This document shows positions 62,041 to 64,000 of a DNA stretch of 64,000 nt, one piece after another. The translations under genes and the position numbers were made by a program. Origin of the DNA: Octopus bimaculoides (Eukaryota); contig NC_068985.1 in the NCBI RefSeq assembly GCF_001194135.2, positions 19,511,254 through 19,575,253 of the forward strand. The letters run 5' to 3'. Under the pieces are notes generated by a model. That model was not told the DNA's origin, made no database searches, and saw only the letters and a program-made list of their open reading frames with translations. The first letter of the stretch is position 1. Every line of letters begins with the position of its first letter.

Positions 62041-63169
62041 CATGGATTAATTACAGAAGTAGAAAATAAATTCACAACATCCAAAAATACTGTTAAGAAT
62101 GAATTTCTTAAGAGAAATTTCCATTTCATCATGAACATTGTCCCAATTTATTAACATGTTAAAAAACTTTGGTATGAAATATAAAATAGATCTGGTTTCT
62201 GCAGTATATTATATGAAAGCAGTAATGTAAACTTTGCATTTTAACACTTATCCTCAAGGAATCCTTATATAATATCTAAATAATACTAGTGTTTTTCATG
62301 TTCCAACTGAATGCTATATTGCTATATCAAAGGAAAAAAAATCATTCAATATCCTATCAAAAGAATTTCCTGGAACATTTTACCCTTTTCAAAAAATATG
62401 GTAGCAATTTTATCAAAAAGTGCTTGACTTAAAATTCTTTTTCATAGAATAATACTGAAAATTTGAATTGACTGCATAAAATTCAAGGCATTTACATGTA
62501 AATGTTTTTTTTTTAATGTATATTTTACTTCATTGCAGTGAGCATTATTACCTTGTTACTATTTGGAAATTCCTAACACACTAACAATACCAAAATTTTT
62601 GTTTGTTGCTGCATAAATGTAGCACAGTATGATTTTGGTATTATCTCTCAAAAATATTATATTATATGCTATCTTGGAAAATACATATCTTTCAACTATT
62701 TTTACTTTTGATGACTAAACAATAAGAATTATAATAGTACCATGTAATTTTCATCTTTTTCAATATTATTGTAAGATTTCCATATAGTAATTTAAAATAA
62801 ATGTAGTTGAGAACAAAGACATCACCGAATATCTAACAATATTTACTTCATTTTATTAATATATCCTTATTATAAAGGGTGGGCAATAAATATATTTGGC
62901 AAATAGTCACTTGTTCTTAACCAAGAATATCTATTTTTGGAACTACATGAATTTTTTATGCAATCATAATAGTTGAAAATGGTGATGCTATACTGATAGT
63001 CGGAAATAATAGGTAAATAAATGCATGATATGGTTTCCAGATAAAACTAACAGCTTTTTTTTTATTCATGTCAGAGAGTAACAAACTACATGCATTTATG
63101 AGATATTCGTTTATTTCTTTCATATTTATTCTTTGTCTCTGACTCAATTATATCCTCATATTACCTTTA

Positions 63170-63682
63170 TCTTCTTTTATTTATTTTAATCATAGGACTG
63201 CAGCTATGCTGGGGCACTGCCTTCAAGGGTTTTAGTCAAACAAATCAACCCCGGTACTTACTTTTTAACTCTGGTATTTATTCTAGCAGTCTCTTTTTGC
63301 CAAACTACTAAGTTATGAGAACATAAACACCAAAACCAGTTTTCATGCAGTAGAAGTTGGAAGGCAAACAAACTTACATGCCTCTCTTTCATATGTTTAT
63401 GTATATAGTAATGTTTGATTTTATGTTCAGTTATAATAAAAACAATTTTACATTAATCTGATAGGTTACTCTATACTTCTATATTATTATCCTTATACAA
63501 GAATGTTGACAGTGAATTTGAAGTTTTGACCAGCTAAGCCGTCATCAGATTGCCTGTTTATATATTATACACACACACACACACACACACACTTTGGACT
63601 TCCACACAGTTTCCCAAGGTACCATGCAGTGAGACTGAACTTAAAATCATGTGGTTGCCAAACGAATTGCTTAACCACACAT
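63170..63682 (-). mobile_element. Family-A SINE split into tail (63170-63360) and head (63600-63682)
   Basis: GGACTGCAGCTATGCTGGGGCACTGCC... and CCCAAGGTACCATGCAGTGAGACTGAAC...TTAACCACAC. Confidence 0.75.
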
Positions 63683-64000
63683 TTGAAATATTTTTTGAAT
63701 ATACATCAACAGTTGAAGGTTCGCTATTTTTACTACTTTTAAAAGAATGTAAAAGAATCATTTCAACATTTCTATATTATTTGAAAATTTATAAATTATG
63801 CAATAAAATAAATTATTTGACTACATAATTTATAGTTGAATAATGATCGATATTGTAATAATGCAGCAGGATAAGTATTGTAATATATGTAACATTGACT
63901 CACAAACCAACACTAGCAATCAAAGTAAAACAGAATTGGCATCTGTAATTACTTTAAAATATACAGTTAACATCAATGATCCATGTACAAGTACTTCACT

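Noticed and set aside
550-63682. tRNA genes
   Set aside because: All A/B-box sequences continue into SINE bodies and lack a complete cloverleaf.

Overview
AT-rich eukaryotic genomic DNA with 10 N-gaps and dense microsatellites ((TA)n, (CA)n, (GA)n, (AAT)n, (ATC)n). The repeat families look like those of an octopod cephalopod (inference from recalled SINE sequences, not a database result). Almost all of the window is intron or intergenic. It holds four tRNA-SINE families plus decayed Helitron, RTE-BovB, RTE/RTE-X, CR1/L2, Penelope-like (GIY-YIG), maT/mariner, piggyBac, hAT-MITE and Gypsy pieces. The best host-gene signal is the 5' end of an unidentified minus-strand gene. Its candidate parts are a CpG-retaining first exon near 43.0 kb, an exon at 40657-40855 carrying a consensus RFX X-box, a 36-nt microexon at 33664-33699, and a start-codon exon at 23464-23625, consistent with alternative N-termini. 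I could not name the gene or find convincing downstream exons. No rRNA, intact tRNA gene, CRISPR array or intact transposon ORF was seen, and most ORF-track entries are microsatellite or gap artefacts. The most interesting leads are the alternative-promoter/X-box architecture, a LAGLIDADG/intein-like peptide motif at 25.8 kb, dead hammerhead-ribozyme cores, a head-to-head TTAGGG/CCCTAA tract, and a Gypsy 3' UTR with antisense promoter-like signals. Coordinates were read by eye and repeat boundaries are approximate.
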